IMG/VR virus record: IMGVR_UViG_3300012890_000005
Source of the DNA: a virus
Strand: one strand, 5' to 3'
Length of the DNA: 64,000 nt
The translations under genes were made by a program, and so were the position numbers. The notes under the pieces are model-generated. The model was given only the letters and a program-made list of their open reading frames with translations, ran no database searches and was not told the origin of the DNA. The stretch's first letter is position 1. The number at the start of each line of letters is the position of its first letter. Below, piece by piece: positions 41,798 through 52,301 of this stretch.

Positions 41798-44704
41798 ATG
41801 TCGTTCGTAAAACAAACACTAGGCACAAAATGGTATTCAGGAACAAATCCTCAAGAGGCAATGTTCCATAATGCAAAACAAAACAACCACAAAGCTTGTC
41901 TTGTAAAAATCGATATTGACGGTCATCGCAGTTATGGTAGTTACATCTCGTGGGACGAGGCGATCGATCACTTACAAACTCTGAACGATAACGTCCGAAA
42001 ACAACATTTTGAGCTTCTACCCGAGGATAAACCGTGCAAACCGTATTTTGATTTCGATTATCGCTACGACAACAAATCAACTATCAAACATGGCGACATC
42101 GATATCCCAGCGTTCAGTATAAGCGTCGAAAATTCGCTTCGAACTGTGCTACAAAACTTGACAGGTTTCTCCCCGAGTTCACCAGCACTAAACAACTGTT
42201 TTATCTGGACAGATAGCTCTTCTGCCGCAAAGTTCTCTCTTCATCTTGTTATCCACTTAGCACTAGAAAATGATCAAGGGATGAGAGAATTATGGTTGTG
42301 TAGTAATACCGAGCGAGCAAAATACTTTTGTATTGAGATGCTTCGTCTGTCTCCAGATTTAGCAAAGTTCAGTGATACGAAAGTCTATACGCGAAATCGT
42401 ACGATGAGAATGTGTGGAAGTAGCAAACATGGAAAGGAGGAGAAATTACAACTGTTGGATTTGCCTTTGACGAAAGAAAATTTGATGAAAACGACTATCA
42501 CATGGTTTGAACAATCTTCAAAACTTTTTCCAATCATCAACGATGAACTGATCAAAACGGAATCGAAAATCACATCATACAAAGAAGTTGACAGAATCTG
42601 TGCAATCGATGACGCTGATTACGAGAAGCTTGCAAAGTTTATCGAAGAAATCAAAATGCAAGCTAACCTCGTAAGTTCAATCAAACTCATCAGGGGAAAT
42701 ATTGACACGATCACAATCGGATTGAAAACTCGTTGGTGTCCTAACATCAAACGCGAACACTCGTCTCAGCATCAGTATGCAGTCTTGTCCAAACATGGGC
42801 TCGTTTTCAAATGCCAGGATGCAGAATGTGTAGATTTCAAATTCGGCAAAATTAGTTTCAAAAGTTTGCCTGCAGATGTTCGCGCTCTATGTGTCAAATA
42901 CCTTGATATTCATTCCAGCGCTCCTGCAAAAGACAAAAAGGAAAGTTCGTGTCAATACATAAACAAGATGACCGAAGGTGAAACAGAAATGTCTTCTATA
43001 ATCAACGAAGATCTCAAATTGGAAAATAATCCCAATTGGCGATTGGAACAGGTTACTAAGAAATTATCATCGCTTCAGAATAAATGGTTTCGCGAAAACG
43101 ACACAACATGTCTAGTGGATCCATCTTACACTCATGCTCATCCGGGGCAATGTGGTATAGAATGCAAAAAACATAAGTTGTTATTGGGCTGCTCCGTGAA
43201 TGGTCATATGGACAAAAGTAGAGAGTTTAAACGTTGGCTCGATCATATCCCACATTGTATAGAGAAACACAAAATGGAGATTGAAGTTCACGTGAAAACG
43301 ACAACAACCGATGCCTCCGCTACCGAATTAGCTCAGCTTGTTGACGATATGTACAATTTAGCTAAAGCCAAGAATTATCGTCGATCAAATGGCTGCATAT
43401 ATGGTTTGTTAGACGGAAAACAATCGGTTTATGTTCAGCTCATGTCATACAAAGAATGGCTTGTGAAAGATTTTCAAGACGATTCACGTCTATTAGCGGA
43501 TCCTGGCAGACAAGTCAAACTTATTCAATCGTTAAACAACATTGGAACTAGTCGAATGCCATTCATCGAAAGGGACTACCGATACATTGGTTTCAAAAAT
43601 GGAATCCTGTATCTCCCGAACTCTAGTTTTATCCTCTACGACAACATCTCAGAAGACATTGTTGTCAGACATTATATCGATCAAATACTTGATATCAAAC
43701 ATCTTTCAACACCTTCATGGGATACTGTATTTGAATATCAAATCGAGAAAGAAGATGTAGACGGCAGCAAAGTTCCTGATCGTGAAGCAATCGAGGCTTT
43801 TTGCGGTCTGTTGGGCAGACTGATGTACCCGCTCAAAGCAATGGATAATCTAACCGTTGCGCCAATGATATTCGGAGCATCTTATACTGGAAAAAGTACA
43901 ATCGTTTCAACGATAATGAAATGCTTTGACAGTCAACAAGTGGCTTGTATAAACGCCAAAATGGAAGATCATTTCGGTCTCGAAGGAGTCTTTGATAGAG
44001 AAGTGTTGATTGCTCCAGACATGCCTCTTCATATTCATAAAAAGATAGACAAAACGGATATGCAGAGTATGATCAGTGGCGAACTTGTTCTCGTTCCGAG
44101 AAAAGGACTAGCGGCCCACCAAGGGTTGTGGACTGTTCCTTGGTTTATGGTTGGAAACAGACAACCTTCTTGGTACGACGAAGGAGGGGCTTCTGTATCA
44201 CAACGATGGGTCTTTGCGCAGTTCAACAAAAAAGTGAAGAAGAACATATCGGGATTAGCAGAGCTCCTCGAAAAGGAGTTACCGGCTATCATTTACAAAA
44301 ACAACCAAGCGTATCTCAGGTTATATGGGAATGAAGCAAAGAAAAGCACCGATTTTTGGGAAGAATGTCCCGAATATTTTAAACGTCAGCGACTACTGTT
44401 TGAGAAGTCTAGCAATAAATTGTTGGCATTTTTACGTCAAGACGGAGATGAGAATACTTTTTATCGAGTCGCAGATTCGATCGTAAAATGGAAGGATTTC
44501 AAGTCGTTGTTGGATCAAAATAATTTCAAGAAAGTATCTTCCGATGCGATTGAATTCAGCATGGCAGGTCTGGAAGTGACTCACGTCAACTTCTGTAAAT
44601 CATGTCAGAAAAAAGCCGCAAAAGATTGTTGTAGTTATTCATCCCCTACAAATCGAACAAAACTGCTTGCAATCATGAACATCAGTATCGTAGTCAAGGA
44701 ATAA
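41798..44704 (+). CDS. AEP primase fused to D5-like SF3 helicase with Cys-rich C-terminal domain
   Basis: FELL..KPYFDFD, KFSLHL, DTKVYTRNRTMR; IGFKNG; Walker A GASYTGKS, VGN, QRW; C-term FCKSC..DCC..TNRT. Confidence 0.9.
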   Translation: MSFVKQTLGTKWYSGTNPQEAMFHNAKQNNHKACLVKIDIDGHRSYGSYISWDEAIDHLQTLNDNVRKQHFELLPEDKPCKPYFDFDYRYDNKSTIKHGDIDIPAFSISVENSLRTVLQNLTGFSPSSPALNNCFIWTDSSSAAKFSLHLVIHLALENDQGMRELWLCSNTERAKYFCIEMLRLSPDLAKFSDTKVYTRNRTMRMCGSSKHGKEEKLQLLDLPLTKENLMKTTITWFEQSSKLFPIINDELIKTESKITSYKEVDRICAIDDADYEKLAKFIEEIKMQANLVSSIKLIRGNIDTITIGLKTRWCPNIKREHSSQHQYAVLSKHGLVFKCQDAECVDFKFGKISFKSLPADVRALCVKYLDIHSSAPAKDKKESSCQYINKMTEGETEMSSIINEDLKLENNPNWRLEQVTKKLSSLQNKWFRENDTTCLVDPSYTHAHPGQCGIECKKHKLLLGCSVNGHMDKSREFKRWLDHIPHCIEKHKMEIEVHVKTTTTDASATELAQLVDDMYNLAKAKNYRRSNGCIYGLLDGKQSVYVQLMSYKEWLVKDFQDDSRLLADPGRQVKLIQSLNNIGTSRMPFIERDYRYIGFKNGILYLPNSSFILYDNISEDIVVRHYIDQILDIKHLSTPSWDTVFEYQIEKEDVDGSKVPDREAIEAFCGLLGRLMYPLKAMDNLTVAPMIFGASYTGKSTIVSTIMKCFDSQQVACINAKMEDHFGLEGVFDREVLIAPDMPLHIHKKIDKTDMQSMISGELVLVPRKGLAAHQGLWTVPWFMVGNRQPSWYDEGGASVSQRWVFAQFNKKVKKNISGLAELLEKELPAIIYKNNQAYLRLYGNEAKKSTDFWEECPEYFKRQRLLFEKSSNKLLAFLRQDGDENTFYRVADSIVKWKDFKSLLDQNNFKKVSSDAIEFSMAGLEVTHVNFCKSCQKKAAKDCCSYSSPTNRTKLLAIMNISIVVKE

Positions 44705-44719
44705 GAGCGACAAAAAATT

Positions 44720-45118
44720 TGAGTGTTTTATACAAAGCTCAGTATAAGGGCTCTATAGCGGAATCGAGCAGCACAAAAATACATGAAGTTGTGTCAGGGA
44801 GTTTGTTGGAAAAAATAGACACCCTAATTCCTGAGTGTTTTTTATCTTTTCTCTTTCGTTGATTATAAGGGAACATGTCAGGTGTGTCAAAAACTGAGTG
44901 CTTTGAGTGTCTGATTTTATCCCATCAGATAAATAACTTTTCTTTTCAATGCTTTTTTTTGTTCTCTATAGCTCAATATAACTTTATTTTACACTCAGAG
45001 ATTATGATTGAGGGAATAGTTCAAGCAATATGTATAAGAACTTTTCTCTTCCGTTGTGTTTCGCTCAAAATTTTCTGAGTGCTTTTGTTTTCCACTCAGA
45101 AACACTCAGAACACTCAG
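44720..45118. repeat. Dispersed iteron-like motif (C)TGAGTG / CACTCAG, nine copies in both orientations
   Basis: Forward at 44720, 44831, 44894, 44904, 45075; reverse at 44991, 45093, 45102, 45111. Confidence 0.85.
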
Positions 45119-45146
45119 AAACTTGTATTCCGATACATTTTCTGCT

Positions 45147-45720
45147 TTATTGATCTTTACCAAAGAGTCTAATTCCAACAACAATAACATTTCTAGTCGT
45201 TCTATTTGTGTATCTAGAGCTGGGTGCTACAACGCCTTTTTTTGTAAATAATTTTGTGACACTCGCCACAAAAAGCTTTCTTTCTCACATCGAGGTTAGC
45301 CTCGCCTACAACGGGCTTTTTCTCACATTGATTCATCTTGAAACAGATGCGATTGGAGATCTGTCCATAAACAGTACTTGTTTGTTCCGCACTCAATACC
45401 GTTTATCTCTGAGGGTAAGTGAAAGAAGGATCGAGGTCTCGCGTTGCTGAACCTTGTCTGATCCTTTCGTAGCTGATATGTGCTCGCTTTCTTGTCTGAT
45501 TCGTTCTTATTGTGCTGCTTGTCGTTTTTGGCGTTCAAACTTTCATCCCCAACGAATCGAACAAAGCTGCCTTGCGATTCTATGGTTGCGATCAGAACGA
45601 GGAAGTCGTAGTTTGGGTGTTCTTCAATATATTGAATTTATTTATTTTTAATTTGGCAAAACTGTTTCCTGGAACTGATCACATCTTTATAGGATCATCT
45701 TTCCTATCATACGCATTTAA
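45147..45720 (-). pseudogene. Degraded inverted copy of 46014-46916
   Basis: Fragments KYCLWTDLQSHLFQ, FCGECHKIIYK and TNRTTRNV..VGIRL lie in different frames. Confidence 0.8.
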
Positions 45721-46013
45721 AAAAATTCTGGGTGTTTTCCTCTTTTTCCGCCACCTGTGTTATAAGCTGGAGTGTTGGGAATGGCAAAAACTGGGTCGAT
45801 TGGGTGTGTAAAATTTGCTCGTAGAATCTACGATTTTTCTTGTTGACACAAATGGAAAAAAATGTTTGCACGTGGAGTTTCAGCTTGTAACGAACAAGGC
45901 TGCAAAAAATGTAAGTAGACTGCAGTGCAAAGGTTTGAAACGGAACTGCAGCTTTGAGATTCACTGCTCTACTTTTGTTCTGCTTTTTCTTTCAAAAACT
46001 TAAATCAAAAATT

Positions 46014-46916
46014 ATGGCTTATATATACCTCATCCCAATCGATGATGATGCTGTAAAGATTGGAAGTCATTCAGGACATCTTGGAAAACTTGTGAAAAGA
46101 TATCAGACCTCAATTCTCAAAGAAAATATCGCTCAGGGTTGGGCATATAAGATTGAAGACAATGCAAAGTTATGGGCGGAAGGAATTATCGCAACCTTGA
46201 TCAAACGAAAACAAGATCTTATAGGCTGGATCGAAGGCGAGAAATACGACAAAGATGTCTCAGAAACATTTCATCTCCTAGCATCTGATCTTTGTTTGCC
46301 AAACACCAAAACGTCGATAGCCTCCGTGATCATTGCGAGTGTCGAGAGACAGGAGGAGAAATTAGCAAAAAAGGAAAAACAACAAAAAGATAGAGAATAC
46401 ATGCGCCAAGTTCGCGAAGATTTGCGCGAGAAAGCTCAGGAAGCGAAAGAACAGGAGAAGATGGAACGTCAAACACGGCAAGCACAAAAGCTAATTCTCG
46501 CTCAAGAGCGAAGCGAGAACATTTCGGCTACGAACGAACTAGATAGGAAGCAGCAACTGAGGAACTTGATCACATTTCTTCAGTTGCCTACAGAGAAAAA
46601 CGGCATCAAGTATGAAGCAGACAAATACTGCTTATGGACAGATCTCAAATCGCATCTTTTTCAAAAACAAGGCTATATCACATTATGGGAAGATTTCAAG
46701 AGTTATATTACTGAACGCAATCAAGGTCAAAGAAAGCCTGATGTAAGCGAGGCTAACCCTCTTACAATAAATATTACTCCTAAAAAGAGACATTTCTGTG
46801 GTGTATGTCATACACTATTATACAAAAGAGGGACTTGTTGTTCCCAGTATAGACGCACAAACAGAACGACTAAAAACGTTGTTGTTGGAATTAGACTTTG
46901 TTGTAAAGATAACTAA
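46014..46916 (+). CDS. T5orf172/GIY-YIG-like domain, coiled coil, and C-terminal domain homologous to the C-terminus of primase-helicase 41798-44704
   Basis: YIYLIPIDDDAVKIGSH..LVKRYQT..AE..WIEGEKY; tail LITFL..W.DFKS..FCGVC..CCS..TNRT. Confidence 0.75.
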   Translation: MAYIYLIPIDDDAVKIGSHSGHLGKLVKRYQTSILKENIAQGWAYKIEDNAKLWAEGIIATLIKRKQDLIGWIEGEKYDKDVSETFHLLASDLCLPNTKTSIASVIIASVERQEEKLAKKEKQQKDREYMRQVREDLREKAQEAKEQEKMERQTRQAQKLILAQERSENISATNELDRKQQLRNLITFLQLPTEKNGIKYEADKYCLWTDLKSHLFQKQGYITLWEDFKSYITERNQGQRKPDVSEANPLTINITPKKRHFCGVCHTLLYKRGTCCSQYRRTNRTTKNVVVGIRLCCKDN

Positions 46917-47043
46917 AGCAAGATGCTACTCGTTACAAAACGCAAAAGCTGTAACCAATGAGCAAACTAATAAAAGTCATAACTATAAACAAAAAAATGT
47001 CTGTGATAAAGAAGTAAACGTTTCATTCCCATAACAACAACTC

Positions 47044-48255
47044 ATGCAGCAATTTTGGTTTATTTTTCTCATCGCTTGTGTAATCCTGTCTCTGGCTGCA
47101 GTTGGCATCCTTTCGTATTTCCTTGTGGAGGCATCGAACAAGAGCAATAATTTACAAAATACAGTGAATGCGGTCACTGTTACACAAACTTCACCAAGCG
47201 CACCAAGTAATTATCACAATGTTTCCGCCTTAAGAAGCTTCTTCCAGAATGCACCCTACCTGAAAGTTTTGTGCGTGGGTGACGCCATGTTTTCAACAGC
47301 CCAGTCTCTCAATTCATACGGTCGTGTCTATTCAGCGCCTTCTTTCCTAGATGATATGTTACAATGGAGAGGCGGTCGGAATTTGTCTACAGATGCCTTT
47401 TTCGGATATAATAGTGCCCTTGATGATGGGAGAGTCTTTTTGTATGGTACGTGGGGCAAAGCTCCTTTACCTTCAACTAATTTCGGTATAGGAGGATTTC
47501 CATTGTATACAACTTCTGCAACATCGACACTGACATATCAGAATGCCAATATATACAGAAACAGATGTCAAATTTATGTCATCGCTAGTTCCGGGAATTT
47601 TACCGTTTATCTGAACAACTTAACGACTGGTACTGCCGTAACTACTTCATCTCTTCCCAGAAGTGGCAATATCGCTATTTACACGGTGACAACACCCAAT
47701 CTGATCACCTCTTGCAAATTTGTGGCCACAGGTGCATCTAGTACTAGCCCTTGTTTGCTCTTTGGTATGATTTTCGATAGTGGAGATAACAACGTTATGA
47801 TTAACGCTTCTGTGGATCAATCCTCTTCTAGTGACTGGATTCAAAACAATTATACAACTACATTATTGGGTGGTGGACTTGCTACAATCAACCCTAATCT
47901 CGTGATGATCAATTTAGGGGCTGTTGACATTTTCAACGGAACAATGTCAATTGCTGAATATGTGCAAAACATTACCACAATTGTCAACTTCATCAAAAAT
48001 CAAGGTTTCCAATGTCTGGTGATATTACCCGCTTGGACTGGAAAAAGCGGAGAACAGCAATATCAAACTGCATTGAAAACAGCGCTTGACAATAATACCA
48101 TTGCCTACTACGATTTGCCGACAGATCTCGTCAGTTACACCGTGCAACAACAATTGGGTTACTGCGGTCAAGATGCTTCGATAGAATCCTTGTCTCCTTT
48201 GGGTAATGTTCGTATGGCACAAGGAATATATAATTGTCTTTCGAGCAGCAACTAA
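47044..48255 (+). CDS. Membrane-anchored SGNH/GDSL-fold protein, catalytically degenerate
   Basis: N-terminal TM; VLCVGDA (GDS), INLGAVD (GxND), LSPLG without the catalytic His. Confidence 0.7.
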   Translation: MQQFWFIFLIACVILSLAAVGILSYFLVEASNKSNNLQNTVNAVTVTQTSPSAPSNYHNVSALRSFFQNAPYLKVLCVGDAMFSTAQSLNSYGRVYSAPSFLDDMLQWRGGRNLSTDAFFGYNSALDDGRVFLYGTWGKAPLPSTNFGIGGFPLYTTSATSTLTYQNANIYRNRCQIYVIASSGNFTVYLNNLTTGTAVTTSSLPRSGNIAIYTVTTPNLITSCKFVATGASSTSPCLLFGMIFDSGDNNVMINASVDQSSSSDWIQNNYTTTLLGGGLATINPNLVMINLGAVDIFNGTMSIAEYVQNITTIVNFIKNQGFQCLVILPAWTGKSGEQQYQTALKTALDNNTIAYYDLPTDLVSYTVQQQLGYCGQDASIESLSPLGNVRMAQGIYNCLSSSN

Positions 48256-48314
48256 ATGATTGAATTTCATTTCATGAACACCATCAATAATTTTTTGAGC
48301 CACAATCCGGACCT

Positions 48315-49925
48315 TCAACGGTTGAAAATGAGCTGAAAAGCTGTTGCTGCTGCGATCGTTGATAAAGGTAAAACAAATGCGATTTTATGCTTGAAGATCT
48401 TCCAAAATACCACGAAAGACACGATGAAGATTAACACCGTTGTCAGAATAGACATGAGAGACAGCTTTGCTACAACATCGGTGTAAACACCCTCAAAATA
48501 TGTTTGTATTTCCGCGAGGAGCTCGCTCAGAACATTTACAGTCGCTGTCGCTCCATTTTCCGAAACAGCACTTCCGCAAATAGTCGAGAAATTGATATCT
48601 GAAGAAATGACACTTCCAAGTACAATCAATGCTTGGTTGCAAATTTGCTGAACACATTTGTTATCGATCAGACTTCGAGATCGATAAGAAATTGTAGGTT
48701 TGCAATTGACTGTATTACAATTTGGATTCAAAGAGACTGGTGGAGAATTGTAACTCAATAAATCTTGTAATTCTCTTGTCGGCCAGAGATTGACACACCC
48801 AGCAAAAGTAATATCACTCGGATACTTAGCCGCATAGGTTGAAACAATGGCTTGTGCGTCATCAATTCCGTTACCTAGAGCCCAAGCCTGACAATTTGCC
48901 GTAGACATCATATCACCAACCGAACATAATGCTTGGAAAGCAGTTGCAGCATCTGAATTATATGCCAGTAGACATAGTGAGTTTGGATTCTTAAGATCGC
49001 ATGTCTTTTGCGTTACTAGCTGTAAGTTGAATATCGACTGACTGGATTGCATTGCCGTAGCTAGAGTATTTCCACCTAAAACACGATATATGGACTGTTG
49101 ATATGTGTCTTTGAATACACATTCTTGGGTTGTATCGTTGTTATACCAAGTTAGAGCGATTCTATAAACCCAATTGTACGGTCCACTCCCCGTCCATTGC
49201 CATACAGAAGAAGCTGTATCAAGTACCGAATTAGATAAGGTTAAACAAGTAGTTGTAGCGCGATTTTGTAAGATGACATTATTTGTGTTTGCTTGTGAAT
49301 AAAATGCCCAATGTGCTGAATGTAAACAACTTGGGAGGTTACTGAATGTGAGTACATAGTCGGAATTGGTTTCGATATAACCGCTATATGTCGTATTTGC
49401 AACTTTCTCCGACGGTAACAAATGCATATATAGACCGTTTAGCCCTCGTAACGCCATGAAAGTGCCATGGATTTCAACACAAAGCATCACTGAATTATTT
49501 GATGATACATTATTGAGTGTTGAGAATGTATCAGTCTGTGGTGGATCTAATCTGGTATCATGGTCCGGTGGTGTAGCACCATTGAAATTTCTATATTCTC
49601 TTCCCACAGTAGAATATTGAGCAGAAGCAATAACATCAGATCCAATATAGTTCGTACCATTATAGTACCCTATCTGAGCAGGAGCGGAATCCATATGGTC
49701 TCCAGGTACAAATACAGCGGATATATCCTGAATAGCGGTTGCAGCACTGACAACTTGGTGATTTGTATACGACCATACTGGTTGCTGTGTTGTGAGGTTA
49801 GGACTATAATTGTAATTCGAGCTGTTGATGTAGATATCACCAACATTGAGCGTAATGAAACAACCGTCTGTGATGGTGTTATTATTGATCACAAAAGTGG
49901 ACGTGGATTGCTTTACAAAAGACAT
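48315..49925 (-). CDS. Poxvirus A16/G9/J5-like Cys-rich virion membrane protein
   Basis: C..NCQAW..Y..KYP..GC..NPNC..C..Y..C..QICNQ..IN...IC followed by C-terminal TM helices. Confidence 0.65.
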   Translation of the reverse strand: MSFVKQSTSTFVINNNTITDGCFITLNVGDIYINSSNYNYSPNLTTQQPVWSYTNHQVVSAATAIQDISAVFVPGDHMDSAPAQIGYYNGTNYIGSDVIASAQYSTVGREYRNFNGATPPDHDTRLDPPQTDTFSTLNNVSSNNSVMLCVEIHGTFMALRGLNGLYMHLLPSEKVANTTYSGYIETNSDYVLTFSNLPSCLHSAHWAFYSQANTNNVILQNRATTTCLTLSNSVLDTASSVWQWTGSGPYNWVYRIALTWYNNDTTQECVFKDTYQQSIYRVLGGNTLATAMQSSQSIFNLQLVTQKTCDLKNPNSLCLLAYNSDAATAFQALCSVGDMMSTANCQAWALGNGIDDAQAIVSTYAAKYPSDITFAGCVNLWPTRELQDLLSYNSPPVSLNPNCNTVNCKPTISYRSRSLIDNKCVQQICNQALIVLGSVISSDINFSTICGSAVSENGATATVNVLSELLAEIQTYFEGVYTDVVAKLSLMSILTTVLIFIVSFVVFWKIFKHKIAFVLPLSTIAAATAFQLIFNR

Positions 49926-49994
49926 CTGCTACTAGATTTATTCTATAAATCAAACATCAATATTTGTTTGCAAAATTTGGTCAAATTAATATAC

Positions 49995-50200
49995 CTAGTA
50001 CGGAGAGTTACACTCCAAAGGTCTCGTTGGAGAGACCAACTATTAAATCATCAACATCGTCATCAGCTACTGCTACTGCTTGTTCAGTTGTTGTTGTTGT
50101 CCATGATGATATCGATGTTGCTGGTGGCAACGAAACCACTTCCGGATGCTGTAAACTAACACAGAATAGAGCAGGTCTGGGGCGGTCTTGTATTGTCAAC
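49995..50200 (-). ncRNA. Candidate Fanzor omegaRNA scaffold / element right end
   Basis: Overlaps the ORF 3' end; hairpins GGTCTC/GAGACC (50020-50037) and GGAG/CTCC (50002-50016); ends CCGTACTAG. The 5' boundary is a guess. Confidence 0.45.
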
Positions 50201-52016
50201 TGAGCCAAGTAGATCATATTACGACTCGCATTCAAATCCCGATTCCAAATCATTAGACAGTTGGTACATCTTCTAACAAAATGGGGTTCGGCAGGACGTG
50301 AATGTGGAAAGTCAAATCTACGTGGATCGCGACGGGAACCAACAGCTACTATTTTCTTGTCAAAATGACAATGACTACAAACTTGGGAGGTGTTGAATTC
50401 CTTCATCATCATTAAATTGCATCCGTGGATGCTTTCGAGGCGATGTTTGATCCAATTTCCTTTCAAAGATGAATCGTAGCCTTTGCTGTTATGACAAATG
50501 CTTGCATCCCCATAGGAAAACAAAGTGTTTGTTTTTTGGCCGTCAATCATTTGGAGACAATAGGCATCTAAAGCTTTGTGCTTATGAATATAGCTTCTCC
50601 ATCTTTTATGTTTGGTTCGTGATTCTAGCTCCAAATCAAATAGAGTATTCATATGCGGTTGATGCTCTGCCAAGTACTTTAGGTATGTAAGAGTCCCTTC
50701 ACTGTTTGCTGTTTTACTGGTCGGAGAATTGAGAAGAAAGGAATGTATTCCCAATATCTCTAATTGTTTGATTTTCCATCGTTGGCGTTCTTTGAACTTA
50801 CAATCGCGATAATACTTTTTATTACTCAGTACGAATCTTTTTCCGTTTGAGTCGGAAGCAGAAAGAATATCTTTGCGTCCAGGGTCACATCCTACAATTC
50901 GTAGATTTTCATTATTCACTCTAGACAACATTTCTTTTTGTTGCGAAGAGGCTTCTTCTCTTCTTTCAATTTTTTGCTGATCTGTGGGCTTCTTTTTCGG
51001 TAACCTTTCCCACTTGAATAACTCCATGGAGCATCCGACTCCATCTGTCTTGATCTCACAGTTGAATCTTTTTTGATCCTTGAAGTATTTATCCTTCACG
51101 TTGGTATACTTTCGCCATTGGTCTTCTCTGTTTTTTCCAAACTCTGTTTTATTTTTTTCCATAGCTTCAGATTTTACAAGACCGTAAAGTACATCAGTAT
51201 CTATTGTTATATACTTGGCATTAGCACTGTATTGTGGTGCCAAATTGTATAACTTGATCCCAAAATGAGTGAAAGATTTGTTCCATTCATACATTCTCTT
51301 GAGTTTGTAATGTACTTGTTGTTCCGAAATAGCACTAACGAACATGGGAAACATTTGTTCATATTCATCTGGAGATTCAAAGATAGAATCTACAAGAGTG
51401 TTGATATGTTTTTTTGGAACTCCTTTGATCTCGAAATACTTCCAAATCCATCTTCGATTCATTTTCTGGTATACAATGTCTAGATGAACTTGGAGATTGA
51501 TTGAATAATCTCTACAAAATAGTGTTGTGAAACAATTCCTTCTTGCAAGGGAGGTAAAAGATCCTGAATCAATCTATAATCTTGTTGTAGATTTTCATCT
51601 CTAATTTTGTGTGTGAACAATTGTCGTAACCAAGTACGATTCGTGATATCAGGTATCGTAATATCTCTCTCTATACATCGTTGTAGATGAAAGTTGAGTA
51701 GCCTAGTGACATAATAACTGTTTGTGGTAATTTTATTCACTTGCTGATGTATTCTGTCTTGTAGCTTTTCTCCATTTTTGAATTCGTATGTGGTAAAAGT
51801 TGCCAATCCTTGTTTGTAGATATTGATTTTTTTTTCTAGATAGATTTCATTTTCATTTTCATTTGCTGGTTTTTGTGCTCCTTGTCTCGGCTGATAATTT
51901 CTACATCGTTGGGAGGAAGCTCTGCTATGTCCCTTTTCTCCACAAGAAGCACAAGTTTTCAGGTCATTAGCGTTAATGTTACTGCTAGTATCATCAGAGT
52001 GTTTCTGTTTCTTCAT
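50008..52016 (-). mobile_element. Fanzor (eukaryotic TnpB-like RNA-guided nuclease) with a single frameshift at about 51525
   Basis: KTDG, RuvC-I VGCDPG, YGDA, KEFNTSQVCSHC, CTNC..WNRDLNASRN; N-terminal Zn knuckle CASCGEKGH in the upstream ORF. Confidence 0.85.
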
Positions 52017-52301
52017 TGATGAAGGAGAAAATCAAAGATTCTAGAAATTGTTGAAGAACGCGCGTAAAATATGGCAGATGTATAATCTATAATCTGCAGA
52101 GAAAGAAGAAGATTTTTGCAGCAGATATATTTGCGAGCCATTGTCATTACCCTGATATTTTTTGGATTTTTGAAGAGATAGCATCTCAGTCCGTATCGTT
52201 TCTGCAGCTTTCTTTTACTTTTTTTCCTCATACAAAGTAGAGTCAAGAGTAAGATCAAAAAGCTTCACTCAACCATCGTCATCGTTCATCATCAATAGAG
52301 T

